Notes under the pieces: model-generated | What the model saw: the letters and a program-made list of their open reading frames with translations, nothing else | The model's database searches: none | What the model was told of the DNA's origin: nothing | Shown here: positions 48,593-61,465 of the stretch, in pieces | Layout: every line of letters begins with the position of its first letter | How positions within the stretch are numbered: the first letter of the stretch is position 1 | Source: Mobula birostris | Lineage: Eukaryota | Reading direction: 5' to 3' | Assembly (NCBI RefSeq): GCF_030028105.1 | Contig: NC_092379.1 | Location: 28,699,821-28,763,820, forward strand | Length of the DNA: 64,000 nucleotides | Position numbers and translations under genes: made by a program

Positions 48593-49452
48593 TGTTACAT
48601 ACTTCATGGATATCTTGAGACTGTCTTATGAGGATGATGCAATGGTGTTGCGGAGGTCACATTATGTAATTTTCCCGCCGATGTGAGGTCATGTAGTGAC
48701 CTGTTCTCACCAGGTATATAAGGATAGACCCCTGGTGACAGAGTTAGCTTTTCAGTTAGGTCGTCAGTCAGATACTCCGCTATGCTGCGTATTCGTACCA
48801 TAACGCAGTTTAGTTTTAAAACGGAGTTTTACTTTCTATTGTAAGATACGGAAGTGTTGGGCCGGCCGTTTCACCAACAGCTGCCAGCTTTGTTGGTGTA
48901 CCTTTTCAGTAGTATTGGAGAGTGAAGACATTACTAATGTACGGAATCTGAAGGAGTCGAGTTAAGCTGATATTGTTTGGCGGTTTCGGAGAGGATCGAA
49001 CTTTATTGAATCTTCGTTCAAGTAAAAGTGACCTGCAACTGAGATATCCCGTCTAAATTAAGAAGGATAGTGCAGCGTCTAATCGCCAGAGGAAAAGATC
49101 AGTTTCTTTAAGCCGTTTTATTTCCATCGTCATGAATCCTGCGAGCAAGGCAGGTCCGGCTGGGTTCAGCAGTAACGACACGTCCTCGAGGAATTCTTTA
49201 CTGCAGGAAAGTCTCTCTTAATTGACTATATAAATCTCCTGGACTTTCGAATTTACTATGCTAAGAACGGTGTTCGAATTTACCAATTTAAGAACTGTTT
49301 TCACATTTGCCCTTTTAAGAACTGTTCCAGTGTTGCCGTATAGCAGTTAACTTCTGGTTAAGTTAGTTGTTTAAATACATTTCGCTATTTTTGAGCAAGG
49401 TTTGATTAAAGTTTGCTTGTTTTTATAAAAACTGAGTGCCTGTCACGTGACA
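48593..49452 (+). mobile_element. Solo LTR (TGTTAC...GTGACA), 4-bp TSD CTGG, Gypsy-like
   Basis: CTGG at 48589-92 and 49453-56; TATA-like GGTATATAAGG at ~48712. Confidence 0.8.
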
Positions 49453-49796
49453 CTGGAAATGCAAGCAATACGCACAAAATACTGGTGGAACGCAGCTGTT
49501 CAGGCGGCAACTGTAGGAAGAAGCACAGTCAACTTTTCGGATCGTGACCCTTCGTTAGGTCTGACGGAAAAAAAGAGATAGTAAGAGATTTGAAACTGGG
49601 AGGGGGAGGGGGAGACCCAAAATGATAGGAGAAGACAGGAGGGGAGGGATGAAGCCAAAAGCTGGGAAGTTGATTGACAAAAGGGACACAAGGCTGGAGA
49701 AGGGGGAGTATCCTGGGACGGAAGGCCGTGGAAGAAAGAAAGGGGGAGGGGAGAACGAAAGGAAGATGGGGAACAGGCAAGGAGTCATTGTGAGAC

Positions 49797-49939
49797 NNNN
49801 NNNNNNNNNNNNNNNNNNNNNNNNNNNNNNNNNNNNNNNNNNNNNNNNNNNNNNNNNNNNNNNNNNNNNNNNNNNNNNNNNNNNNNNNNNNNNNNNNNNN
49901 NNNNNNNNNNNNNNNNNNNNNNNNNNNNNNNNNNNNNNN
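49797..49939. other. Assembly gap (143 N)
   Basis: N run. Confidence 0.99.
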
Positions 49940-50532
49940 GAATAGGAGGAGGGGCATTAAAAGAAGTTAGGGAAATCAATCTTCATGCCATCATGTTGGA
50001 CGTTACCCAGACGGAATATCAGGCTTTCTTCCTCCAACCTGAGTGTGGCTTCATCTCAGCAGTGCAGGAGGCCATGGGTTGCCATATCGGAGTGGGAATG
50101 GGACGTGGAATTAAAATGTATGGCCACTGGAAGATCCTGCTTCCTCTGGAGGGCATCCTGTGTTTTCCTTTGGTCAGCAATTAATCATCACAAATATATC
50201 CTGGTTCCACTCCGTCCTTATTATATTTCCTTGCAAACAAACGAATAAAGTGGTCAAAGACAATCTCAGTCAAGGCTGTTTATTGTTATATGCCCTTACA
50301 GCAAAAGAAGATGGGAGAATGCACATTGATTTATTCAGGAAATGAGTGGCAAACTTCTAGTTTGGTTGCACCTTGTAATCAGAAACTGTTCCTTTAGCTT
50401 CCGCGATTTCTGCTGCTGCTCACAGCGCTCTTAAGCAGGGCACGTGACCATGGATGATTTCTGGGTGAACCCCTTCATGAGTCGCCGCGAAAAGGCGCCC
50501 TCCTGTGAGATTGTTCTGCATAATACGGCACT

Positions 50533-50571
50533 AGTTTTTGTCCGGACCTGCTGTCTCCATACAACAGTGTG
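50533..50571 (-). promoter_or_regulatory. 23-RSS (CACACTG - 23 nt - ACAAAAACT)
   Basis: Heptamer 50571-50565, spacer 50564-50542, nonamer 50541-50533. Confidence 0.93.
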
Positions 50572-51003
50572 GTACTCATTGCACAGAGATACATTCCAGA
50601 GTCAGACACAGGCGCTTCACTGATATCCAATTGAGCCGTCTTGCTCCCTTTCTGTAAACTAGCGGTAAACCTCAACGGGCAATCTGGATGCCGAAACATT
50701 CCACCAATGCTAGATACCTGCAGCAAATAATTTGGAGGCTCTCCACTATCTTGAATGTACCAAAAGATATACGCATCATCGTAAGTGTAAGTACAGTTCA
50801 GTGTTATGTTCTGTCCTTCCGTGGCCGTTAAGTCGGGAGGATCTTGCGTCACTGAATCTTTCGCACTTGCTCCTGCAAAAAAGGACAGAATACATCAACA
50901 ACGCCGGCTTGTATTGAACGCCGGGAAAATTCGCTGGCCACCTACGCAGACACTCACCAGGCAGCACAGACAATGCAATCATTAATAAACAGATGGAAAG
51001 CAT
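50572..51003 (-). CDS. TRAV: Intact TCR alpha/delta V segment; leader 51003-50958, V exon 50872-50572
   Basis: Leader MLSICLLMIALSVLP-G, 85-nt intron. Exon GASAKDSVTQDPP...LNCTYTYDDAYIFWYIQ...HPDCPLRF...DSGMYLCAMST is open. Confidence 0.93.
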
Positions 51004-51249
51004 GGTGTCTAATTTCTGTTAGAATCGGACAGCAGGTTCTTTCCAGGACGTGATTATCACTCAATAGATATTGTGGTGTGAGGTCTTTTCAGCGATAACT
51101 TTTACTTTCTGTATGAGCGGGGGCGTTTTCTTCGTTAAAGGATTGGCTGACACAATGAACCGCGACTTTCTGAGCACCAATCAGAATCTGCTTTCTTTCC
51201 ATGCACGTCATTCTGCCTCTTTCTCCGCTCTTTCAATGTCGCGCATTCT

Positions 51250-51287
<38 letters not shown>

Positions 51288-51599
51288 TTTCTCAGTGTGT
51301 CGTGCTGCATTTGTTACCCTTTTCTCTAGAGAATAACAAAATATTCAAAAACTTATCAATGAGTAATCAAGCGCAATTAAGAGTTTTTCACATTGTCGCT
51401 TCTTCGTCATCGACAGTATTCCGCCGGAGTAGTTCATTTATTTATTTGTTTCTTTAGTTAGTTATTTGGTGGTATATCGGACAATAGTCCCTTAGGTAAA
51501 CATTTCTCAATCGTCCAGCATTAAACTAGTTATTCCATGTCAGCAAGTGTTCATCTAGTTATTCCCTAATCTTTGTTTGCAGTTGGGGAGCCAATTTGC

Positions 51600-52101
51600 T
51601 ATCCACGCCAATAGACTCCTGAAAGCACGTTCTGCGTAGCCAGCACTCTCTTCGTTAAAAAAAACAATACTCACATCGGCACGCCCCTTGTAATTATTTC
51701 CAATCGCACTAAAATATCGTAAACTTGCATGAGCCATTTCCACCCTTCGGTCAAAGGGCTGAATGGCCTCTCTATCTATGCTTCTTGGCAGTTATTAAGT
51801 TGTTAAGTTACCCCTCATCTTCCTTCGTTCCAAAAGAAAGGTCCTAGCTCGCTGAAACTGAAATGACCTGTGGAATATATAGGCACCTGCGGATGTGTAA
51901 CTGAAGTTGAACTTTACGATCCGTCTTCCTTTAATCATGGATGCAGAGAACTAGATCTTTTCCACACGTTCTACAGAAGAAGGACAACATGACTGAACAT
52001 CAAGTGCTCCCATTGCACCTGCAAGACACCCACTAACTATTTGCGAAAAGATTCGCCAGGCAGCAGAAACAATATAATCAGTAAGAATTAAAGACGTACA
52101 C
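51600..52101 (-). pseudogene. Ancient V relic, family E
   Basis: Acceptor cttctgtag at ~51970; ..GRRIVKFNFSYTSAGAYIF..; SGVYWR. Confidence 0.55.
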
Positions 52102-52137
52102 GGTGCCTGTTATCGCGCGCGGTCTTAAGCCAGATAG

Positions 52138-52695
52138 AGTTATAGAGTTGTTCGTCCATCGTTGACGTCGATGAGGACCTCGACACCATTATGATGGTGT
52201 CGAGACTAGCGCATGATTTGGATTTAACTGAGGGAGAGTTGCGCAGCGTCAGCCTCACTCTCTCTTCCGAATTCCCATCTGGATCCAGTGGGAAGACAGA
52301 GTCTAGACGGCTGGAGATGGGACTAGGCGCAGTGGATGACCAGGACGTCTTCTGTGTCTTGTCCTGCTCTACACGTTCCACGACGCTTGCAGAGACCACC
52401 TTCGTGACCGTTGGACCTTCCATAGGTCTCGTCCGCTCAATCCGCCGGAGTCTGTCTTCACATGCTGGGATAGACAACTCCCTATCTCACCGAGGGCTTG
52501 AGACCCGTCGGCTACCCTCACATGGTTTAGCCGGCTTGTCGAAGCCGTTGCCCGGGGTGTGGCCGCTGTCGCATGCAAACAGCTACGGGGAGCCACAGGT
52601 GAGAGCTGAGTGCCAGGTGGACTAACCGCCCTGAAAAGGATGCGACATGTTCCACCACCAGAGGTGCTACCCCTCCCTGACACCCCATGCACCCC
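52138..52695 (-). mobile_element. Second copy of the ~560-bp ribozyme-headed retroposon
   Basis: Reverse-complement homolog of 10507-11070; possible TSD AAGCCAGATA at 52127-36 and 52703-12; empty site in the paralog near 33575. Confidence 0.8.
52517..52695 (-). ncRNA. HDV-like ribozyme (candidate), copy 2
   Basis: 72-nt core identical to copy 1; 5' end GGGGTGC, with a second perfect GGGGTGT at 52686-80; P2 3' strand carries one mismatch (CATGTGAG); C75 equivalent at 52530. Confidence 0.75.
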
Positions 52696-53595
52696 AGATA
52701 ACAAGCCAGATAACAAGAAGTTAATACCACAGATTTGAGAGAATGATGTCAGATACGCTACACCCTTCACTTCGTGCAAACCCTGCCGTAATTTGTTTGG
52801 CTAACTCGGAGTTTAACTGTGGAATTCAGAGCTAAGCCTATTTAACCACTGACGTGAATGGAACTGCTGCACTCTATGCTTATTTATCATTCACTCTAAC
52901 TATATTATATTTTCCAATCTCATCCTTTCCTTCTTCGTTCTATTTTAATTAACACTTCATTTCTGGCATTGCATCTCCTTCTTTGTTCCCTATTTTGTTA
53001 CTAGCTATAGTTCCGTCGCTATGTCACTCAAAGGTTCTATGTCTGCCTTTGTATTCCAATTTGCAATTTTAGTGAATTATCAATATAGCTTTAAACTCGT
53101 TGTGGAAACATCCTTTAATCCAACGTCTATCTACTCTGTATTAATTTTCAATCAGTAAAATAAACATCTATTTACCTGCACTTTTATAAACATAATGCTA
53201 GTGGACGCCACCTGAAATTTATCATCATCAGAAGCATTTAGTGCGACAGCATGTCCAATGTTGTCTAGTCATATACAACATCAGCATCCCTAGGTGGCAC
53301 TCATGTTCACCGTTTAATTTCTCAAGGTAGTGAACACTGAAGTTCAGCAAACAATTAACCACAAGATATTGTTATAGGCAACAGAGAGACATTGCCACTA
53401 CCATATAGTAGAAATGCTTCGGAAAGCCGCCAAAATATCCCTAGCTAAAGCTAAGTTCAAGAAGTTTTCCACAAGTTTCGTCGCATTTTGCGGCTGAATG
53501 CAGCATTTCAAATCGACCACGTGATCCTCATGCATTCTGCGTACAGCTGTTCCAGATCACCAGCAAAAGGCGCCCTCTAGTGATGACGTAACCCT

Positions 53596-54105
53596 GGATT
53601 TTGTCAGATCGGCAACACTGCGCGGTCCATTATACAGAGGTACTGTGTACACCAGAGTCACGGACAAGAATTGCAGAGATACTTGTATGAGCCGACTCTG
53701 CGATTGTGCAGAACAGCTGTAACCCTCGCCGGACCTTCTGAGGCAGCTCCAGTTTTCATCAGCCATATAGCTTCAGCAGTTTTTAGGAGATTTTCCGCGA
53801 TGCCGAGTGTATCAAATATGTTTGTCTTCATTCGTGTGTAACTGAATTTCAGTGTTATCATCTGACTTTCGTAAGACGATAATTTTGGAGCATTCTGATC
53901 ACAGAATCGTACTTTCTCGTTCCTGCAATAAAGGACAGGATGCAGTGACTTCCCTGACTTGCACTGTACTGCGTTCTCGCTGGTCATGTGCGCAGAGTCT
54001 TAGTTGTCAGAATGGCGAAAGAAACCTATAAGAGACTGAGGGACGAATACTGACTCGCTTTAGACCCGATAGGATCGCAAATCACTTGCAGGAATTTATC
54101 AACAT
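53596..54105 (-). pseudogene. TCR V pseudogene, family B
   Basis: Leader with an in-frame TGA; exon 53922-53623 frameshifted with TGA at Trp41; RSS CGCAGTG - 11 nt - ACAAAATCC. Confidence 0.85.
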
Positions 54106-54699
54106 GACAGAGAATGGAGAATGAAACGTATCGGAAGAAGACTGACGGGTGCAATACTTAACAATTGCTAAATAAAACCAGAACAAAGGCGCGAATCAGA
54201 ATCCAGTTACGTTGAAAGCCCTTTTTTGCCTTATACCACAGTATGAATCTCTCTTTCTCTCTCACTTTCCCTGCCCCTCTTTCTTTCACTCCCCCGCCCC
54301 CCACTCAACCTCTCTCCGTCTGTGGTTCTCTCTTCATCACCGTCTGTCATTCTCACTCTCTTGCTCTATCCCTACCTACTTCTCCCTCTCTGTCGTTCTG
54401 ACTCCGGGCATTGATTTCTATTTATCTACATTTTTGAACGCACAACTCACTCCCGCTTTCTTTGCCATTCTGTACCTGTTCTATCCTTTCACACCATGTA
54501 ACTTAATGTTAGCCAGCGTATCCACGACGATTCCTACGAGTCAATTCCGCAGTTGCCGTTATGCAACTTATTATTAGCCTTTTAAGTTATTGACGGAACA
54601 CCTGTACCTTTCAATCTTCCAGAACCCCGTTGGGTAATACTTGTCAATAGCACATCAAATATTTATCCCCATGGACGAAGTGGGATTAAATGTTTAGCG

Positions 54700-54870
54700 G
54701 ACATGGAAGGAACCGGTTAGAGCAGGCAAACATTGCGAACACTGAGGTGTTCAGATCTGCTATCACCGGGAAACGTTGAGCGCTGAACTAAGCAAAGCTA
54801 TTCAGTGGAGTCCGGCACAATGCCGCATAACTTATTTAGGGGGAACATCTTTGACCAGAGACCCAAAAGT
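54700..54870 (-). pseudogene. 3' portion of a family C V relic
   Basis: Homologous to 1820-1990 and 35690-35830. Confidence 0.45.
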
Positions 54871-55653
54871 CTTCTACCCAAGAGTAGAAAAGTCTTTCTA
54901 CTCGTTTCCTTATTCTTTGAAGATCGCACGTCAACTCCTCCTTCCCCCTTCTCTCTTTCTCTCTCTCTATTTCTCTCCCTCCCTCTCTCTCTCCGCCCTC
55001 TCTCTCTCCCTCTCTCTCTCTGTCTTACTTTCTCTCTCTATCTCTCTCTCCCATGCAGTTTTGAATTTTCTAAATTTTGTACTGTTTGGAGGATGTCTGT
55101 GGAGGGTATGAATTTCGTGATGTATATTGTGCACACTCTCTGATTTTAAATGGAACCATTGAAGCATGCTAGATAGGTTTTTCGCTGTATCCTGGTACAC
55201 CTGGAAAAAAAAAAACAGAAAGATAAGTAACATCACCAGTTTGAAGTCAGTATGAGGGTCTGCAATGTGAAGGAAGATATCAGGCTGTCCTGCAACTCAT
55301 AGAATATCGGTTGAGCAGATAAATGGGGATGAAAGACTGTAGGTTACCTATCTTGCAATGCGGTGATATCTGGTGCCATGTAACCAGGGATCTAGTGCGA
55401 TTCCGATATTCCATTTGATCAGCAGACACGTGTGTGCTCAGTTTCCACATTTCCCCCGTTTACATGTTTTCACGGTCCGATAAAAAGATGCTCTGGGTAG
55501 CTCGTCCTCCTGATCGAAGTATCACTGAGGTACGTGTAAAAGGAATTTGCGAAAATTGGACAGGCAAATCTGTAAACCATTATACGATAAGATGAAAGTT
55601 CAGAATTCTGCCATTTTTTTCCGATCGAGTCTGCTCCGCCATTTCAGATGAAA

Positions 55654-55947
55654 CAGTGTGGTGATGGAATTTTTCGAAACTCTAAACATACCATTAAAGT
55701 GAGAGTTTCAGAAGGTCGAAATATAGCTTTGGAAACAGATGCAATCAATTTCTGTTCCTTCTACAGCAATCGGTCGTTCTTTTTGTTTCCCTCTTCCATC
55801 TGAGGGAAAACACTGAAGTCTACAAGCACGTTCTAATGTGCAGAAATATACATTCTACCCGGTTGTAAGGATATTGAACTATAGGATGAAATTGAATATC
55901 AATCCCAAGCCAGCTCAGTATGATTTCTTCTTTATTTCCTGCCTGCG
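55654..55947 (-). pseudogene. Ancient V relic, family F, with heptamer CACACTG (55660-54)
   Basis: Paralog of 15242-15518. Confidence 0.45.
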
Positions 55948-56789
55948 TTGCATTTTTATACGTTTCTTATTCTTTATTGTTGTATTATTGTTGTTATATA
56001 TATTCCAAAATGCTCCACGTGGCGATTAAAACGGATCCGTTAAATCTGCTTGGGAAACCAGATTATACAAGGTATCACTCTGTTGTCATCCCATTCCCTC
56101 TCTTCCTCTCTCGCTCCTTTATTCTGAAAATGCCTTCGAAATATGAATCTCGGGGTAGAATGCTATCGCCTATATGTATTTTAACCACGAAGTTATTTTC
56201 AACACTGAACCCCTTTCACACAGAACGGAAATACTCCGACTAGCATATTATCTGCATCCTCTATCACGCTAAACGTCGGGAGGTTCTGTCGGATAATCTA
56301 AATGTTCAGTATAAATAATGAGTAGCTGTTAGATCTTCCTTAATTTCAGTGAGTTGTTAATTTCTGGGCTTCGGTAGCATGCCACTTGCAATTCTTTGTC
56401 ATTCTGAATAGCACCAATTTTGCCACCCTCTGTTTTCCATTGACCACTTTAAATATATACTGGTTCCACTCCTTTCATATTATTTTTCTGTGCAAACAAA
56501 CGAACAAAGTGGTCAAAAACAATGTCAGTCAAGGCTGTCCATCGTTATATACCCTCTCAGCAAAAGAAGATGGGCGAATGCACATTGCGTTATTCAGGAA
56601 ATGAATTGCTACTGTTCAGTTCACTTGCGCCTTGTAATCAGAAACTTCCTTCAGCTTCGGCGCCTCGTGCTGCTGCTTACAGAACTCTTAGGCATGGCAC
56701 GTGACCATGGATGATTTCCGGGTGCGCCCCTTGCAGATTCGCCGCGATAAGGCGCCCTCCTGTGAGAGCTTTTGGCATCATACAGGGCT

Positions 56790-56828
56790 AGTTTTTGTCC
56801 GGACCCGCCGTCCCCATATAACAGTGTG
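56790..56828 (-). promoter_or_regulatory. 23-RSS (CACACTG - 23 nt - ACAAAAACT)
   Basis: Heptamer 56828-56822, spacer 56821-56799, nonamer 56798-56790. Confidence 0.93.
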
Positions 56829-57251
56829 GTGCTCATTGCACAGAGGTACCTGCCAGAGTCCGACACCAGAGCGTCACCGATGTTCAATTGAGTCGTCTTG
56901 TTGACCTTCTGCAAACTAGCGGTAAACCGATTCATTCGATCCATTTCTCCAGTGCTAGATACCTTCAGCAAAAGATTTGGAGGTTCTCTACTACGTTGAA
57001 TGTACCAACCAATAAAATATGGAGTATCGTAAGAGTAATTACAGTTCAGTGTTATCTTCTGTCCTTCCTTGGCCGTTAAGTCGGGAGGATCCTGCGTCAC
57101 TGAATCTTTCCCACTCGCTCCTGTAATAAAGGACAGAATACATCAACAACGCCGGCTTGTATTGAACGCCATCGAAATTCACTGGCCACCTTCACAGACA
57201 CTCACCAGGCAGCACAGCCAGCGTAATCATGAATAAACAGAGGGAAATCAT
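56829..57251 (-). CDS. TRAV: Intact TCR alpha/delta V segment; leader 57251-57206, V exon 57120-56829
   Basis: Leader MISLCLFMITLAVLP-G, 85-nt intron. Exon GASGKDSVTQDPP...LNCNYSYDTPYFIGWYIQ...DSGRYLCAMST is open. Confidence 0.93.
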
Positions 57252-58199
57252 GGTGTCTAATTTCCAGCTGAATCGAATGGCATATGCCTTCCAGGACGTA
57301 ATTATTACTCAATGGATATTGGATATTGTAGTGTAAGGTCTCTTCAGCAATACCTTTCACCTTTTGTGGTTAAGGACTGGCTGACACAATGAACAAAAAC
57401 TTTTTGAGCACCAATCAGAATCTGCTTTTTTTCTTACGTCATTCTGCCTGTTTCTCCGCTCTTTCAATGTCCTGCGTTACTTTCTCTCTCCCTCTCTTTC
57501 TGTTTTTCAGTATGCCTTACAGCCTTTGTTACCCTGCTGTCCTTGCATAATCACAACATACTCAAAAACTTATCAATGTGCAATCATACCCAATTAAGCA
57601 TTTTTCACATGGTCGCTTCTTCGACTCGACAGTATACAACTGGAAGTAGTTCATTTATTTATTTGTTCGTTTAGTTGGTGATATATCAAACAATTGTCCC
57701 TTCGGTCAACATTTTTCAATCTTCCGGCATTGAACTAGTTATTCAATGTCAGCAAGTGTTTGTCTAGTCCTTGTTTGCTGTTGCGGAGCGAATCTGCTAT
57801 CTACGCCAAGAGATTCCTGAAAGCACATTCTGTTTCGCCAGCAATCCCTCTCTTTCTTACTCAGAACATTGATTTCCATTTTTCTATCTATCTGCACGTT
57901 TAAACGCTCTTTCAACTCATTCTGGCTTCCTCTGCCCCTGCGCTATCCGTTTTTACACCATATCACTCCATGCTAACCAATGTATCCGCGACGATTCCTA
58001 CGAGTCATCCACAAAAATTATGGCTTTCCACTGTTGCCGCTTTCTAACTCATTATTAGCCTTTGAAGTTAATGTCGGAATACCTTTCAATCTCTAGGCCT
58101 CCGTTGGATATTTCTTGTCAATTGCACATCGAATATTTATTTACATGGACGAGCTGGGATTACATGTTTAGCGGACATGGAAGGTACCGGTTAGAGCAG

Positions 58200-58570
58200 G
58201 CAAACATTGCGAAAAACGAGTTGTCCAGATCCTATATGCCATGGGACGTTGAGTTCTGAACTGGGCAAAGCTATTCAGTGGAGTCGGGCAAGATGCCCCC
58301 AAACTTTATTTAAGCGGAATATCTTTGCCCAGAGACCCGAAATATTACTGGACTGTCTTCGTGTAGAACAATACAGTGACACGGTCTGCCCTTCCACGCT
58401 CACTAAATCTCTCTTCTGACGTTCACAAATGCTGCCTCATTTGTGCCTGTATCAAGCCTCGAAGGTGTGAGGGGCGCCGGAACGCAGTGATCCTGGAGGG
58501 CACGCTCTGACGGATTCGCCAGATTCACCAAGCAGAGTAGTAAATACAAAGAACCTCGTAGCGGGATCAT
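58200..58570 (-). pseudogene. V relic, family C, internally deleted
   Basis: Leader ATG at 58570, donor 58528-27, acceptor 58448-47; CDR1-FR2 deleted near 58372. Confidence 0.6.
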
Positions 58571-59835
58571 GGTGATTTGAATAAAATAAAAACAGAGGAA
58601 AATTTGAAGATGTTACTCCGATAAAAGAGAAGTGAATCAAGTTAGTTTAACAAGAGACTTTCCGGGAGACTCGGCGCTTTAGCTTCGATGTATATTCGTC
58701 TTTCTTTCCTAAATTAGGGGATTATAGCAATCATAGGAATGTGAGTGGCGTTAACTGACTGCTCTTCTCTCTCCCCCCCCTCTCTCTCTCTCGCACGCGT
58801 GCGCTCGCCCTCGCTCTCCGCACTCATTCTCCCTGCTGCCACATTTTTCCTCGCTCCTGTCTTTTTCTCTTATCCTTACTGTCTAATCTCCCTCTCTTTG
58901 TCTCAATCCATCACTTTTGCCTCCGCATCTCTTCGTCATCCTCCTATTCGTTTCCTTCCGTTTTTCTCCCTCACTGACTCTTTCAAGTGGATGTGAAGGT
59001 ATTTATTTTATCATTCCTTTGTACCACCTCGATAAACTGTTTAAAGATTTGTTCTCTTAAATCCCAGTCAATGCAATCATCCGACAGGAATAAACAAACA
59101 AATCCAGCAAAATGCCCCACGTGGTGATAACATCAGATCCGTTAAATCTGTTTGGGAATCCAGATTATACAAGATATCACTCTGTTGTGCTCCCATTCCC
59201 TCTCTCCCTCTCTCGCTCTCTTTTCTACTGAAAATGGCTTCATAATATATGTATATGGGTAGTATGCAGTCATGTATATGTACTTAAAAGATGAAGTTAC
59301 TTTGAACATTGAACCTCTTCCGCTATCACGCGAAACATTGGCAGGTTCTGTCGCATTATCTAAATACTCAGTATAAATCAAGGTAGCTGTTGCAGCATCC
59401 TTAATGTAAGTAGCATGCCACTTTGCAGATCTTTGTTAATCCGAAGACCACCATTATTCCCACCTGTTTTCCGTTTGCCAGCAATTGTCCTATTTAAATA
59501 TATCCTGTTTCCAATCCATTCTCATTATTTCTCGCTGCAAACACTCGAACAATGTGTACAAAGACAATGTCAGGCAGTGTTGTCAATCGTGGTATGCAAT
59601 TGCAGCACAAGAGGTTGGGTGAAAAAACATTGCCGTACCCCGGAAATGCATTGTAAAATTCCAGTTTATTTGCGCATTGGTGTCACGAACTGCTCCTCTA
59701 GATTCTGAGCTGTCTGCTGCTGATTTCAGCAAACTGAACCAGGGCACAAGTCAATGACTGATTTCTAGGTGCGTCCGTCCAGTTTCCCGGAAAAAGGAAC
59801 CCTCCAGTGAGGACTGTTTTGCATTGTACAGAATT

Positions 59836-60245
59836 ATTTTTGTATATATTACAGATACATGCCAGTATTCCACATTACAGCTGCAAGAAAATTTAATTAG
59901 GCCGTCTAGTTGGCCTTCTGCAACCAGCGGTAAACCTCACTGGGCAATCCAGATGCTGCTCCGTTATAGCTATACCCTATAACTTCAGCAAGTAATTTGG
60001 AGATTCTCCACAATGTTGAATGTACGAAAAGATAGTTGCATCAGTGTATGTTCTGTCCTTCCTCAGCCGTTACGTCAGAAGGATCCTACGTCAGTGAATC
60101 TTTCCCGCGCGTTCCTGAAATAAAGTTCACAGTAAGTAAACATCGCTGTCTTGTATTAACCGCATAGGAAATTCGCTGTCCACCTTCGCAGAGACTCGCC
60201 AGACAGCACAGCCAATGCAATCCGTAATGAAAAGAGGGAAAGCAT
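59836..60245 (-). pseudogene. TCR V pseudogene: RSS and Cys23 region deleted, GC donor
   Basis: Paralog of 45079-45362; nonamer remnant atttttgt at 59836-43, six nt from tacagatac. Confidence 0.85.
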
Positions 60246-61171
60246 GGTGTCCAATTTCTGTCTGGATCCAACGGCAGATTCTTCCAGGACGTAATTATCA
60301 CTCAACAGATATTGTGGTGTGAGATCGTTTCAGTGATAGCTTCCACCTTGTGTAAGATCAGGGACGTATCCCTGTTTTTTGCATTCTCTGACATAAAGTA
60401 TCCAAATCTTTCAGAAGAGCAAGTAGACCCTGCTTCATTCTATTCGTCTTTCTACTCATTTCCCCGTTCTTTGAAGATCGCACCTGAACCCCTCTCTCCC
60501 CTCTCTCTCTCTCTCTCTCGCTCTCTCTCTCCATCTCTCTGTCTTTCTCTCCCTATTTCTCTTTTCTTTCTCTCACTGCCATGCTGTTTTGTGTTTTTGT
60601 ACTGTTTGGAGGATGTCTGTGTAGGGTATGAATTTCGTGTTGTATATTATGCACAGTCTCTTATTTTAACGGGAACCATTGAAGCATGCTGAATAGGTTT
60701 TTCGCTGTACCCTGGTACACCTGAAAAAAAAAACACAGAAATATATGTAACATCACCAGTTTGAAATCAGTGTGAGGATCTGCAAAGTGAAGGAAGATAT
60801 CAGGCTGTCCTGCAACTCATAGAATATGGGTTGAGCGGTAAAAATGGAGGTGGTTGACTGCAGATTACCTATCTTGCAATGTGGTGATATCTGGTGCCAT
60901 GTAAACAGGGATCCGCTGCGATTCCGATATTCGATTCGATCAGCAGATACCTATGTGCTCAGTTTCCACATTTCCCGCGTTAACACGTTTTCAAGGTCCC
61001 GTAAAATATGCCCTGGGTAGCCCGTCCCCCTGATCGAAATATCACTGAGGTACGTGTAAGAGGAATTTGCGAAAATTGGGCAGATAAATCTGTTAACCAT
61101 TATACGATAAGATAGAAGTTCAGAATTCTGCCATTTTTCCGATCGAGTCTGCTCCGCCATTTCAGATGAAA

Positions 61172-61465
61172 TTGTGTGGTAATTGAACTTTTCGAAACGC
61201 TAAACATATATTAAAGTGGGAGTTTCAGAAGGTCGAACGATAGCTTTGGAAACAGATGCAATCAATTTCTGTTCCTTCGACAGTAATCGGTCGGTCTCTT
61301 TGTTTCTCCCTTCCATCTGAGGGAAAACCCTGAAGTCTAAAAGCACGTTTCAATGCGCACAAGTATACATTCTACCCGGTTGTATGAATACTGAAGTGTA
61401 GGATGAAATTGAATCCCAATCCCAATCCACCTCGGTATCATTTTGTTCTTTATTTCCTGGCTGCG
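61172..61465 (-). pseudogene. Ancient V relic, family F
   Basis: Paralog of 15242-15518. Confidence 0.4.

Larger units (their letters stand above)
48567..50150 (+). mobile_element. Penelope-like repeat fragment interrupted by a nested LTR
   Basis: aaacacgagaaaatatgcagatactgg|aaatgcaagcaatacgcacaaaatactggtggaacgcagc, similar to 8650-8720 and 25975-26070. Family assignment is from recollection of elasmobranch repeats. Confidence 0.55.
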
